A DNA stretch of 48,892 bases. Origin: Thermodesulfobacteriota bacterium. Its GTDB lineage: Bacteria; Desulfobacterota; Desulfomonilia; UBA1062. The DNA lies in contig JALOOZ010000001.1 of NCBI GenBank assembly GCA_025454155.1, positions 1 through 48,892 of the forward strand, in the 5' to 3' direction. Position 1 is the stretch's first letter; every line of letters starts with the position of its first letter. Shown piece after piece: positions 9,726-18,869 of the stretch. A program made the translations under genes and the position numbers. Under the pieces are notes generated by a model. The model saw nothing but the letters and a program-made list of their open reading frames with translations, was not told the DNA's origin and searched no databases.

Positions 9726-9754
9726 TTGCCACTCCCGCGGTTCACGTGTATATT
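9726..9754 (+). promoter_or_regulatory. Putative sigma70 promoter of the fadR-GRE2 operon
   Basis: TTGCCA (9726-9731), a 17-bp spacer, then TATATT (9749-9754). Confidence 0.55.
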
Positions 9755-9758
9755 GTCA

Positions 9759-9776
9759 GCTGGCCATACCACCAGC
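9759..9776. promoter_or_regulatory. Putative FadR/GntR operator
   Basis: GCTGGCCATACCACCAGC contains TGGC-CAT-ACCA, 1 mismatch from the FadR-subfamily consensus TGGT-N3-ACCA, with GCTGG/CCAGC ends. It lies just downstream of the -10 box. Confidence 0.5.
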
Positions 9777-9792
9777 CACCTGCGGAGGTGCC

Positions 9793-10536
9793 ATGAAGGA
9801 CATCCTGAAGCCGCTGAAATCGGACAGCCTGGTCGAGGTGTTCATCTCCCGGTTTGAAGACCTCATCCTCACCGGCAGGATAGCCATCGGCCAGAAACTC
9901 CCCTCGGAGCGCGAACTGGCCCTGCAGCTGGGCGTGAGCAGACCCGTGGTGCACGAGGGCCTCATCGACCTCGCCGCCAAAGGCCTGGTCACCATGAAAC
10001 CGAGGGTCGGCACCGTCGTGAACGACTACCGCAAAGGGGGTTCCCTCGCCATCCTGAACTCCATCATCAATTACCAGCAGGGAGGGCTCGACCGGAACCT
10101 GCTGGACAGTCTCCTCGCCACAAGGCAGCTCGTGGAAACCGAAACCTCCCGTCTCGCAGCAAGGAACCGCACCGAAGAACACATGGAGGAGTTCCACGGC
10201 ATCGTCGATGCCGAGGAGACGGCGAACCCCAGGGACCTGAAGAGAATCACCGGGCTCGACTTCAGCTTCCATCACCTGATGGGCATGGCATCGGGCAACC
10301 TCATCTACCCGCTGCTCATCAATTCGTTCAAGCCGGTTTACATGAACTTCACCACCCTCTTCTTCTCGGATGCGGACATGGTGCCGGAGACGATCGTATT
10401 CCACCGGCGGCTGGTCAAGGCCATTGAAGACAAGGACTCAGACAGGGCAGGAGCCATCATGCACGAGACGCTCACCCACGGCGAGCGTCACCTCAGGAGG
10501 ATCCTCACCCAGGCAGTGAAGGAGGTCAGGCAATGA
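9793..10536 (+). CDS. GntR/FadR family transcriptional regulator
   Basis: GQKLPSERELALQLGVSRPVVHEGL wHTH and an FCD-like C-terminus (DFSFH..ASGN). Its stop overlaps the GRE2 start (ATGA). Confidence 0.92.
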   Translation: MKDILKPLKSDSLVEVFISRFEDLILTGRIAIGQKLPSERELALQLGVSRPVVHEGLIDLAAKGLVTMKPRVGTVVNDYRKGGSLAILNSIINYQQGGLDRNLLDSLLATRQLVETETSRLAARNRTEEHMEEFHGIVDAEETANPRDLKRITGLDFSFHHLMGMASGNLIYPLLINSFKPVYMNFTTLFFSDADMVPETIVFHRRLVKAIEDKDSDRAGAIMHETLTHGERHLRRILTQAVKEVRQ

Positions 10537-13049
10537 GCATGGCAGAAGCGCTCCAGGTAACGAAAAAAATCAAGGAGCCGAAGAACCTCTCCCCCAGGAT
10601 CACGTGGCTCCGCGACTACTATTTCGAAGGGGCGAAACGGGCCTGGAACAACGAGTTCACGGCCTGGACCACAGGCACCGACTGGGACGAGGTCTTCGAC
10701 GAGATGACCTTCTACATCGTGCCAGAGACCTACCCCTTTCTCCAGACCTTCGGTTCGTCCATCAGACAGGCGGCCAGGCCGGTGAAGCTGCACCCGGACT
10801 TCTGGTCCTGGAGCCTGGCGGAGCGCAAGGCATGGTTCGTCAAGGAGGTCATGGTGAACCACGTGCCCCAGGAGCTCCTGCCGGGCGACCTCATCGCCGG
10901 TGCACGATTCAACATCCAGACGTCCATGTGCTGGTCGAAGAAAGAGGCCAGGGAGCGCAGCAGGCTGGTACATGGCAAACATGGAGTGCGCGCCGCCATG
11001 AAGTGGTTCCACGACCACGGCTACGGCAATTCGGGTGCCACCTCGGGCCACCTCATACCGGGCTACGAGCGGGCGCTGAAGATCGGATGGATGGGCATTC
11101 ACGAGGAGCTTGAAAGGCACTACCAGGCATTGGGTCCAAAAGACAGGCAGGGAAGGAAGGGCGCACAGCTCAGGGCCATGATGACAGCCGCCACCATGCC
11201 CCGGGAACTTGCCGCCAGATATGCCGCGCTGTGCGACAAGATGGCGGATGAGGAGAAGGCCTTTGTCCGCAAGGCAGAGCTGAAGCAGATGGCGGCCAAT
11301 CTCAAGCGCGTCCCCTGGGAGCCGGCACGTACCTTCTGGGAGGCCCTGCAGTCCCTCTGGCTCACCCACATGCTCATCATAAGCGACGAGAACTACCCGG
11401 GCCCGGGTGTGTCCTTCGGCCGCATCGATCAGTACCTGCTTCCTTTCTGGCGGCGATCCATCGAAGAGGGCATGGATCCCGAGTTCGGCAAGGAGGTCAT
11501 GAAGTGCTTCTGGGTGCACGCCAACACGGCCTACGACGCCATGGTGCGCATCGGCAACAACGGCATCACTGCAGGCTACGGACAGCTCATCACCCTGTCG
11601 GGCATGGGTGAGGGCGGCAAAGACATGACCAATGAGCTGACGTACGCCATGCTGGAGGTCATCGACGAGATGACTCCCATCCTCGAGCCCAAACCCAACG
11701 TGCGCCTCCACCGGAACAGCCCGGACGCCCTGCTCGACACCGTGGTGGACATGGTCGGGTCCAGCCAGGGCTCGCCCTTCCTCATCAACTTCGACGAACG
11801 GTCCATGGCCGGCATGATGGTGGAGGCGAGGAAGGCGGGGGTGACGCACCTGATCAACGAGGCAAACGTGCACGATTACGCGCCGGTAGGATGCCTGGAA
11901 AACACCATGGTGGGTAACGACCGCTCGGGTACGGTGGACAACAACCTGAATCTGCTCAAGGCCGTTGAGCTTTCCCTGAACGACGGGAAGGACTTCTTCG
12001 ACTTCATCGACCCCATAACCCTCAAGAAGGAGAAGGTGGCCCAGGCAGGTCCAAAGACCGGCGATCCGCGGCATTTCAAAGACTGGGAAGCGTTCTGGAA
12101 GGCCTATGTGGAGCAGACCCGCCACATCGTCGCCTGCTGTGCGGCACTCTACGAGCAGTCGGAATCGATCCGGGCCCGTTTCTGCCCCACGCCGTACCTC
12201 TCGTGCCTGGTCAAGGGCTGCGCCGAGCAGGGGCTCGACGTGACCCAGGGGGGGGCCGAGCTGAGCTTCACCACCCTGGAGGCGGTGACGTTCGCCACCA
12301 CGGTGGACAGCCTGCTGGCGATCAAACACCTGGTGTACGAGAAGAGGGAGTGCACCATGGACGAACTCATCGCTGCGCTGAAGGCCAACTGGGAAGGTCA
12401 CGAAACCCTACAGGCCAAGGCGCGATTCAAGGCCCCCAAGTACGGACAGGACGACGACGCTGCCGACGCCATGGCCTCACAGGTGATGAAGCTGTGGTGC
12501 GAGGAGGCCTGGAAGTACAGAACCGTCTCCACGAACAGGCAGTTCAGGCCCGGCATGCTCAGCTGGAACTACTGGGTGGCCGACGGCTTCATCCTGCCGG
12601 CAAGCCCGGACGGCAGACCCAAGGGCAGGTTCCTCTCCAACGCCATCTGTCCATCCAACGGCGCCGACATCAACGGGCCCACGGCCAACACCAACTCGGT
12701 GGGCAAGGCCCTGGGCGGTGCATCTGCAGACGGCATGGGCGATTACCTGGGCTACCGCAACTGCCTGCCCAACGGCGCCAGCCACACCATCTCCATCAAC
12801 CCCTCGCTCCTCAAGGACCCTGAGCACAAGGAGAAGTTCAAGGCCTTCCTGCGCGGATATGCGGAGAACGGGGGCACCTGCCTGCAGCTGAACATGATCG
12901 ATGCGGATACCCTCAAGGATGCCCAGAGGCGGCCCGAGGACTACCGTTCGCTGCTGGTGCGGATTACGGGCTACAACGCATACTTCACGAGCGTGGGCAG
13001 GGAGCTGCAGAACGAGCTCATTGCCAGGATCAGCCATGATGCGCTGTAG
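10533..13049 (+). CDS. Glycyl radical enzyme 2 (non-PFL, uncharacterised)
   Basis: Cys loop YAPVGCLEN, Gly loop LLVRITGYNAYF, SFGRIDQYL and APKYG. 838 aa. Confidence 0.92.
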   Translation: MSMAEALQVTKKIKEPKNLSPRITWLRDYYFEGAKRAWNNEFTAWTTGTDWDEVFDEMTFYIVPETYPFLQTFGSSIRQAARPVKLHPDFWSWSLAERKAWFVKEVMVNHVPQELLPGDLIAGARFNIQTSMCWSKKEARERSRLVHGKHGVRAAMKWFHDHGYGNSGATSGHLIPGYERALKIGWMGIHEELERHYQALGPKDRQGRKGAQLRAMMTAATMPRELAARYAALCDKMADEEKAFVRKAELKQMAANLKRVPWEPARTFWEALQSLWLTHMLIISDENYPGPGVSFGRIDQYLLPFWRRSIEEGMDPEFGKEVMKCFWVHANTAYDAMVRIGNNGITAGYGQLITLSGMGEGGKDMTNELTYAMLEVIDEMTPILEPKPNVRLHRNSPDALLDTVVDMVGSSQGSPFLINFDERSMAGMMVEARKAGVTHLINEANVHDYAPVGCLENTMVGNDRSGTVDNNLNLLKAVELSLNDGKDFFDFIDPITLKKEKVAQAGPKTGDPRHFKDWEAFWKAYVEQTRHIVACCAALYEQSESIRARFCPTPYLSCLVKGCAEQGLDVTQGGAELSFTTLEAVTFATTVDSLLAIKHLVYEKRECTMDELIAALKANWEGHETLQAKARFKAPKYGQDDDAADAMASQVMKLWCEEAWKYRTVSTNRQFRPGMLSWNYWVADGFILPASPDGRPKGRFLSNAICPSNGADINGPTANTNSVGKALGGASADGMGDYLGYRNCLPNGASHTISINPSLLKDPEHKEKFKAFLRGYAENGGTCLQLNMIDADTLKDAQRRPEDYRSLLVRITGYNAYFTSVGRELQNELIARISHDAL

Positions 13050-13081
13050 GAAGATCGCTCTCAAGGGAGAAGAACCTGACA

Positions 13082-13124
13082 TCCCTGGAATGATCGACTC
13101 CCCAGGAGTTGATCATTCCAGGGA
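13082..13124. repeat. 20-bp-arm inverted repeat (RNA hairpin) between GRE2 and its activase
   Basis: TCCCTGGAATGATCGACTCC-CCA-GGAGTTGATCATTCCAGGGA pairs perfectly except one G.U pair. No U-tract follows. Confidence 0.85.
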
Positions 13125-13205
13125 GGCGCAGAACACACAGTGTCACCGGAGAACGTCTAACGTGAAAGGGAGCCTTTACCCGCCCGGTTCGGCCAGTGAA
13201 AAACG

Positions 13206-14219
13206 ATGAGAACAGAGAACAACAACACCGGCACCATCCTCCGCATCCAGCGCATGTCCACCGAGGACGGGCCGGGCATCAGGAGCACGGTCTTTTTCAA
13301 GGGCTGCCCGTTGTCCTGTGTGTGGTGCCATAACCCGGAGAGCATCTCCCCGAAGTTCCAGGTTCACTGGGTGGGCTCACGGTGCATAGGGTGCCGGAGC
13401 TGCCTCGATGCGTGCCCGGAAAGGGCCCTGACCGCAGGCAAGAAAGGCATCGCCATCGACCGGGAGAGATGCACGGGCTGCCTGAAGTGCACCGATGTAT
13501 GCCCTTCAACGGCCCTGGAGGCCTACGGGCAGGCCTACAGTCTGGATGCCCTCGTGAGCGAGGTGCTCAAGGACCGGGTCTACTTCGATAAGTCCGGCGG
13601 CGGGGTGACTCTTTCCGGCGGAGAGCCCACCATGCAGGCGGACTTCAGCCTGGAGCTGCTGAAGGCCCTGAAGGGCACGGGTGTGCACACGGCCCTCGAC
13701 ACCTGCGGCCAGTGCGGCTGGGACACCCTGGAGTCGCTCCTGCCCCATGCGGACATGGTGCTTTACGACATCAAGGAGATCGACCCGGAGCGGCACCGTG
13801 CCTTTACCGGCGTGACGAACGCAAAGGTGCTCGAGAACCTCCTCAGGCTGGGCGGGTTCATGAGGGATCGTGGCTGCCCCCGGGAGCTCTGGGTGCGCAC
13901 GCCCCTCATCCCGGGATGCACGGCATCCTCCGAAAACCTCCGCGGCATCGGCGCCTTCCTCAAGGGGAACCTGGGTGCCCTGGTGGACAGGTGGGAGCTG
14001 TGCAGCTTCAACAACCTGTGCCTGAACAAGTACGATGGTCTGGGCTTGGACTGGCGCTTCAGGGGGAACGGCCTGCTCGGCAGGGATGAGGCGGAGCACC
14101 TGGCTGTCGTTGCCCGGGGCTCGGGAGTGGATGCGAGGATAGTTCACCTCAGCGGTCCGCTGAGGCTGGAGGCGGCGGAGAAGGCCGCCCTGAGCGTGAT
14201 CAAGGGAGGAAGTGTATGA
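13206..14219 (+). CDS. Glycyl-radical enzyme activating protein 2
   Basis: EDGPGIRSTVFFKGCPLSCVWCHNPES; CIGCRSCLDACP and CTGCLKCTDVCP; GGGVTLSGGEP. Confidence 0.95.
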   Translation: MRTENNNTGTILRIQRMSTEDGPGIRSTVFFKGCPLSCVWCHNPESISPKFQVHWVGSRCIGCRSCLDACPERALTAGKKGIAIDRERCTGCLKCTDVCPSTALEAYGQAYSLDALVSEVLKDRVYFDKSGGGVTLSGGEPTMQADFSLELLKALKGTGVHTALDTCGQCGWDTLESLLPHADMVLYDIKEIDPERHRAFTGVTNAKVLENLLRLGGFMRDRGCPRELWVRTPLIPGCTASSENLRGIGAFLKGNLGALVDRWELCSFNNLCLNKYDGLGLDWRFRGNGLLGRDEAEHLAVVARGSGVDARIVHLSGPLRLEAAEKAALSVIKGGSV

Positions 14220-15079
14220 AAAGGACCTCTGCGAGCTTTGATACTCATGATATGAAGCAGTTCGAGCCCGAGGCCAAGGTGGGTCTCATCGCCACCGTCA
14301 ATCCGGACGGCCTGCCCCACATCACCCTGATCACGGCCCTGCAGGCAAAAACCCCTTCGCAGCTCATCTGGGGCCAGTTTTCAGAGGGGCTCAGCAAGAA
14401 GCACGTGCGCGCCAATCCCAAGACCGGCTTCGCCATCATGACCATGGACCGCAGCCTGTGGCGGGGCAAGGCGGTGTGGACCCACACGGAGACCCACGGC
14501 GAGGACCATGAGATGTTCAACAACAAACCCATGTTCCGCTACAACGCCTATACAGGGCTGCACACCATCCATTACATGGACCTGAAAGAAACCTGGGGCA
14601 GGGAAGGCCTGCCCCTGCTCAGGATCGTCCTGGCCTCGATCCTTACCGGGTTCGCCAAGCCGGCGGCACGCCCGGACACAAGAGTCCGTATATTGAAGCC
14701 CTGGGCCGAGAGCCTGTTCAACAGGCTCGACACGGTCAAGTTCCTTTCCCTCGTGGGCAGCGACGGCTTTCCTGTCATTGTCCCCCTCATCCAGTGCCAG
14801 GCCTCAGGCAGCACGCGGCTCGTTTTCTCGCCCTTCGCATACGGCGAAGACCTCAAGGAACTGAAGCAGGGCATGAGCGTGGCGGTGTTCGGCCTGACCC
14901 TGCAGATGGAGGACGTGCTCGTGCGGGGGGTGTTCGGCGGGTTTGGAAAAGCCCGGGGGATCACGCTCGGACACATGGACATCGACTGGGTGTACAACTC
15001 CATGCCGCCCCTGCACGGCCAGATCTATCCGGAAACTGAACTGAGACCGGTTGCGCATTTTTCAAGGAGTGAAGCATGA
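14216..15079 (+). CDS. Pyridoxamine 5'-phosphate oxidase-like (FMN-binding split barrel) protein with two tandem domains
   Basis: Two similar halves begin KVGLIATVNPDGLPHITLITAL and VKFLSLVGSDGFPVIVPLIQC. ATGA overlap with activase 2. Confidence 0.7.
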   Translation: MKRTSASFDTHDMKQFEPEAKVGLIATVNPDGLPHITLITALQAKTPSQLIWGQFSEGLSKKHVRANPKTGFAIMTMDRSLWRGKAVWTHTETHGEDHEMFNNKPMFRYNAYTGLHTIHYMDLKETWGREGLPLLRIVLASILTGFAKPAARPDTRVRILKPWAESLFNRLDTVKFLSLVGSDGFPVIVPLIQCQASGSTRLVFSPFAYGEDLKELKQGMSVAVFGLTLQMEDVLVRGVFGGFGKARGITLGHMDIDWVYNSMPPLHGQIYPETELRPVAHFSRSEA

Positions 15080-15300
15080 ATCGAAGCAAGGGTGCCGATA
15101 TCGACCGACTATCATACAGGCCCAGGGGTGGATACTTCGAGCCGAAAAGGGACAGTTTCGGGAGGGCTTCGTTCTGCATGCCCGGGGTGTGCTCTCTGGC
15201 CGCCCTCTCCATGGCGGCCGAAGACGAGCATTGGAAGATCTCCAGACTGACACCCAGGCACGAGCGGGATGCTCCTCGAGACAAGGTCATGATCACATGA
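15076..15300 (+). CDS. Small hypothetical ORF (74 aa) or gene remnant
   Basis: ATGA overlap with the upstream gene and an AAGGAG RBS. No recognisable motif. Confidence 0.35.
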   Translation: MNRSKGADIDRLSYRPRGGYFEPKRDSFGRASFCMPGVCSLAALSMAAEDEHWKISRLTPRHERDAPRDKVMIT

Positions 15301-15328
15301 GCGGGATTGCTCCAGGGAGGATTCAGCA

Positions 15329-17710
15329 ATGAGGGCACAGACAGAAAGGATCGAACGCATCCGCGAGGCGCGGCAGACTCCGGAGCGCTTCAGGCGCATA
15401 AAGGAAGCCCTTTTCGCCCAGAAGGTTCACCTGTGCACGGAGCGGGCGATTCTCATCACCGAGTTCTTCAAGGAACACGATAACCCGGACGAGCCCATGG
15501 TGATCCGAAAGGCCAAGGCCCTGCGCTACCTGCTCAGGAGAAAGTCGGTGAAAATCTTCGCGGACGAGCTCATTGCAGGTAACGTGGGCGGTCACCGCAA
15601 ATCATGCATCATCCAGCCCGAGCTTGCCGGAACGGTCATGAGTGAAGAGCTCCTGTGGATGGACAGGAGGAAGACGAATCCCTATCCCATCTCCTGGGCC
15701 GACCGGATGCGACTCCTCTTCAAGGTCAATCTCTACTGGTACTTCCGGAACATGGGCGCGCGTGCATTCAAGTGGTACAGCCCCAGCCTGTCGCGCTTCC
15801 TGCTGGAGCAGCTTTCGGCCACTTACTATCTCATCAACGAGAGCGGCGGCATCGGCCATTTCCTGCCCGGTTACGATAGGATGATCGCACTGGGAATCAG
15901 GGGTTACATGGAGGTCCTGGATGAGCCGAAGAGCGACCTCCAGGCCGCGGCGCTCATTGTCTGTGAAGGCCTCGCCGACTATGCAAACAGGCTCTCAGAG
16001 GAGGCCTCACGCCTCGCCGTCCGTGAAGGAGACCCGGCACGGAAGCAAGAGCTCCGGGAGATCGCCCGCATCTGCGCCAAGGTGCCCCTGGAGCCTGCCG
16101 AGACGCTGCACGAGGCCCTCCAGTCACTGTGGCTCACGCACATGGCGGTTTGTCTGGAGGGATTGAACTCCGCCATATCGTTCGGCCGGATCGACCAGTA
16201 CCTCTACCCCTTCTACAGGGCCGACATCGACTCAGGCCGGCTGACCCGCGAGCAGGCCCTGGATCTGCTGCTGTGCTTCTCGGCCAAGACCACCGAGCAC
16301 ATGTTCCTGCTTTCCAGCAGGGTCAGCGAGTATCACGGGGGCTATCTGGTGGCCCAGGCCGCCACGGTGGGCGGTGTGGACGGCGAGGGCAGGGACGCGG
16401 TGAACGATCTCACCTGGCTGTTCCTCGACGTCATGGAGCTCGCAGGGCTGCGCGATCCGAACTACATGGCCCGGATCAGCACGTCATCTCCGGAGGAGTA
16501 TGTGCGCCGAGCCGTGGAGGTGGCCTGCAAGGGCAACGCGGTGCCCGGCCTGTTCAACGACGAGGCGACCATCGCTGCTCTCATGGCCCACGGCTACCCG
16601 GAGGGTGAGGCACGGGACTACGGCGTGGTCGGCTGTGTGGAACCCACTTTGCCGGGAAGGAGCTTCTGCTCCACCGATGCCGCTCTCTTCAACCTGCCCA
16701 TGTGCCTGGTCCTCGCCCTGAACCGGGGCAGGAAACCTGGCTCCAGACTGCGAATCGGGGCAAGGACGCCCGATCCATCGGGCTTCAGGTCCATGGATGA
16801 TGTCATCGAAGCCTTCAGAATCCAGGTGGACCACATGGTAAGACGTCTGATCAAGGACATCCAGGTCATGGAGAAGGCCAACCGCGACTACCACCCCACT
16901 CCTTTTTCCTCTATGCTGGTGAGGGGGTGCCTGGAGAGCGGCAACGACGTGACCGCGGGAGGTGCCCTGTACAACTCGAGCGGCATCCAGGGCGTGGGCG
17001 TGGCAGACGTGGCCGACTCCCTTGCGGCCATGGACGAGGTGGTGTTCAGGCGCAGGTCGCACAGCCTGAACGAGGTGGTCGAGGCCATGAAGGTGAATTT
17101 CAAGGGGCTTGGGAAGCTCAGGGCCGAGCTGCTCGCCGCCCCCAAGTTCGGCAATGACCACGCACTCCCCGACCGCCATGCAGACCTGGTGGCGCACATC
17201 TTCCACGATGCGCTGGCAAAACACCGCAGCACCCGGGGAGGCCCCTACATCTCAGGGTTCTACTCGTCCACCACCCACGTGGGCTTCGGCCACAGGACCG
17301 GCGCCCTGCCGAGCGGCAGGATGGCGGGCGAGCCCTTTGCGGCAAGCATGGGGTGCTGCAACGGGAGCGACAGGCAGGGTCCCACGGCCCTGCTCAACTC
17401 CGTGGCTGCAGTGGACTCGAAGCTCTCCCCGAACGGCTATGCCCTGAACCTGCGCTTCGATGTGCCGTCGCTGAAGGGGGACCGTGCCGTTGACACCATG
17501 ACCGCGCTGGCAAAGGGCTTCTTCTCCCAGGGCGGCATGGAAATGCAGCTCAACGTGCTCGATCCAGAGGTGCTGGAGGATGCCAGGGCCAACCCGGGCA
17601 GGCACCCTGGCATCGTGGTGCGTGTGGCCGGCTACTGTGCTTACTTCGTCGATCTGCCGGACACGGTGAAGGACGAGATCATCAAACGGACCAGGATCTC
17701 ACTGGAGTAG
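15329..17710 (+). CDS. Glycyl radical enzyme 3 (eliminase-like, uncharacterised; no adjacent dedicated activase)
   Basis: YGVVGCVEP, IVVRVAGYCAYF, GGIGHFLPGY and SFGRIDQYL. RBS GGGAGG. Confidence 0.92.
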   Translation: MRAQTERIERIREARQTPERFRRIKEALFAQKVHLCTERAILITEFFKEHDNPDEPMVIRKAKALRYLLRRKSVKIFADELIAGNVGGHRKSCIIQPELAGTVMSEELLWMDRRKTNPYPISWADRMRLLFKVNLYWYFRNMGARAFKWYSPSLSRFLLEQLSATYYLINESGGIGHFLPGYDRMIALGIRGYMEVLDEPKSDLQAAALIVCEGLADYANRLSEEASRLAVREGDPARKQELREIARICAKVPLEPAETLHEALQSLWLTHMAVCLEGLNSAISFGRIDQYLYPFYRADIDSGRLTREQALDLLLCFSAKTTEHMFLLSSRVSEYHGGYLVAQAATVGGVDGEGRDAVNDLTWLFLDVMELAGLRDPNYMARISTSSPEEYVRRAVEVACKGNAVPGLFNDEATIAALMAHGYPEGEARDYGVVGCVEPTLPGRSFCSTDAALFNLPMCLVLALNRGRKPGSRLRIGARTPDPSGFRSMDDVIEAFRIQVDHMVRRLIKDIQVMEKANRDYHPTPFSSMLVRGCLESGNDVTAGGALYNSSGIQGVGVADVADSLAAMDEVVFRRRSHSLNEVVEAMKVNFKGLGKLRAELLAAPKFGNDHALPDRHADLVAHIFHDALAKHRSTRGGPYISGFYSSTTHVGFGHRTGALPSGRMAGEPFAASMGCCNGSDRQGPTALLNSVAAVDSKLSPNGYALNLRFDVPSLKGDRAVDTMTALAKGFFSQGGMEMQLNVLDPEVLEDARANPGRHPGIVVRVAGYCAYFVDLPDTVKDEIIKRTRISLE

Positions 17711-17726
17711 GTTCCGCACCGACGGT

Positions 17727-18737
17727 TCACCCGAGATGCTCACGGCAGACCGACGAGAAACGCCGGAGATCCTTGTAGTCCATGACCGTGGACATGGGCA
17801 GGTTGGTCTCTTCGATGCCCGCCTCCCTGATGGCTGCCACCGGGTTCAGGCCGCCGATGAGGATGACGCCCATCTTGTTCACGTCCACCGGTGCCTGGCA
17901 GACGGACTCCCCCATCTTGCCCATGGTGATCACCGGTGTCATGCCCACGTCCTTCAGATCCCTGATGACCTCCTCGACTCCGTCCCTGCACACCCCGGCG
18001 ATCTCGGAGAGGTTGGCCAGGATCTTGCCTTCGCCGTGCTGCAGCACTCCCCGAACCGCGGTCATGCGGGCGCTGATGAAGGCCTCAGAGGGGTCAAGGG
18101 AAGTGCCGGAGTAATGGATGAGCTCCACGAACCGCATGGGCTTGTGTTCGCTCATCTGGAGGATGCCGCCGAACTTGGATTCCACCGGTATGCCACGCTT
18201 GAGGAGCATGCCGGTGAGCACGATGCTGCACACCGTTGCAAAGCCGATGCATCCGTCGGGCACGTGCACGTCGCCCAGGAAAGCCCCTTCAGGGGCTACC
18301 GCCACCAGCTCGCTGACGCAGCACCCCTTGTCGAAGGCCGTCTTCATACCCTTGAGGGCATCCCTGAAATGCTGCTGGGGAAAGAACGAGACGTTGATGG
18401 GGACCATGCCCCTGCCCGCACGTGCATCGAAGGTGGTTTTGTAGGAGAGGATCTCCATGCGCGAGATGCAGTAGCCAACCTTTTCGTGGACCCTGGCGTT
18501 CCTGAGCTCCTCGATGCCCTTTGCCGTAATGACCCTGCCGTCGCGGCGGCCCACGAACCTGGTCAGTTCCTTGGTGTCCATGAACTGGAGGTGGTACCGC
18601 ACGGCCCGTTCGCTCAGGCTCACCCCGTAGTCCTTGAGCCTGCGTGCGATGATCCGCGCCCCCACCGAACCCTGCGCCTGGTTCAGGATGCGCAATATCA
18701 GGATGCTCTTCCGTTCCATCTCGTCGTAGGTGAACAT
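17727..18737 (-). CDS. nrpR: Nitrogen regulator NrpR (wHTH plus a single NRD/DUF128 domain)
   Basis: GARIIARRL..SERAVRYHL..D..ELT, GRVITAKGIEEL, FATVCSIVL.G.LLKRGIP, RFVELIHYSGTSLDPSEAFI and GGLNPVAA. An NrpR-type operator sits upstream. Confidence 0.88.
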   Translation of the reverse strand: MFTYDEMERKSILILRILNQAQGSVGARIIARRLKDYGVSLSERAVRYHLQFMDTKELTRFVGRRDGRVITAKGIEELRNARVHEKVGYCISRMEILSYKTTFDARAGRGMVPINVSFFPQQHFRDALKGMKTAFDKGCCVSELVAVAPEGAFLGDVHVPDGCIGFATVCSIVLTGMLLKRGIPVESKFGGILQMSEHKPMRFVELIHYSGTSLDPSEAFISARMTAVRGVLQHGEGKILANLSEIAGVCRDGVEEVIRDLKDVGMTPVITMGKMGESVCQAPVDVNKMGVILIGGLNPVAAIREAGIEETNLPMSTVMDYKDLRRFSSVCREHLG

Positions 18738-18757
18738 GGCTGGACTCCTTGGCCATA

Positions 18758-18771
18758 GGAAACCGATTTCC
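18758..18771. promoter_or_regulatory. NrpR operator GGAA-N6-TTCC
   Basis: GGAAACCGATTTCC lies 20 bp upstream of the nrpR start. A perfect TTGACA lies on the minus strand at 18800-18805. Confidence 0.8.
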
Positions 18772-18869
18772 GATGATGGTTACACGCTTGCACAGGGCCT
18801 GTCAACGGTGATCCCCTGGGGATGCGATTGCTGATTGACATCGATATCCTCAGGGCTTAGGGGAAAACC

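Noticed and set aside
10488-12401. 637-aa minus-strand ORF (likewise 3446-4744 and 17736-18758)
   Set aside because: Shadows of well-supported genes on the opposite strand.
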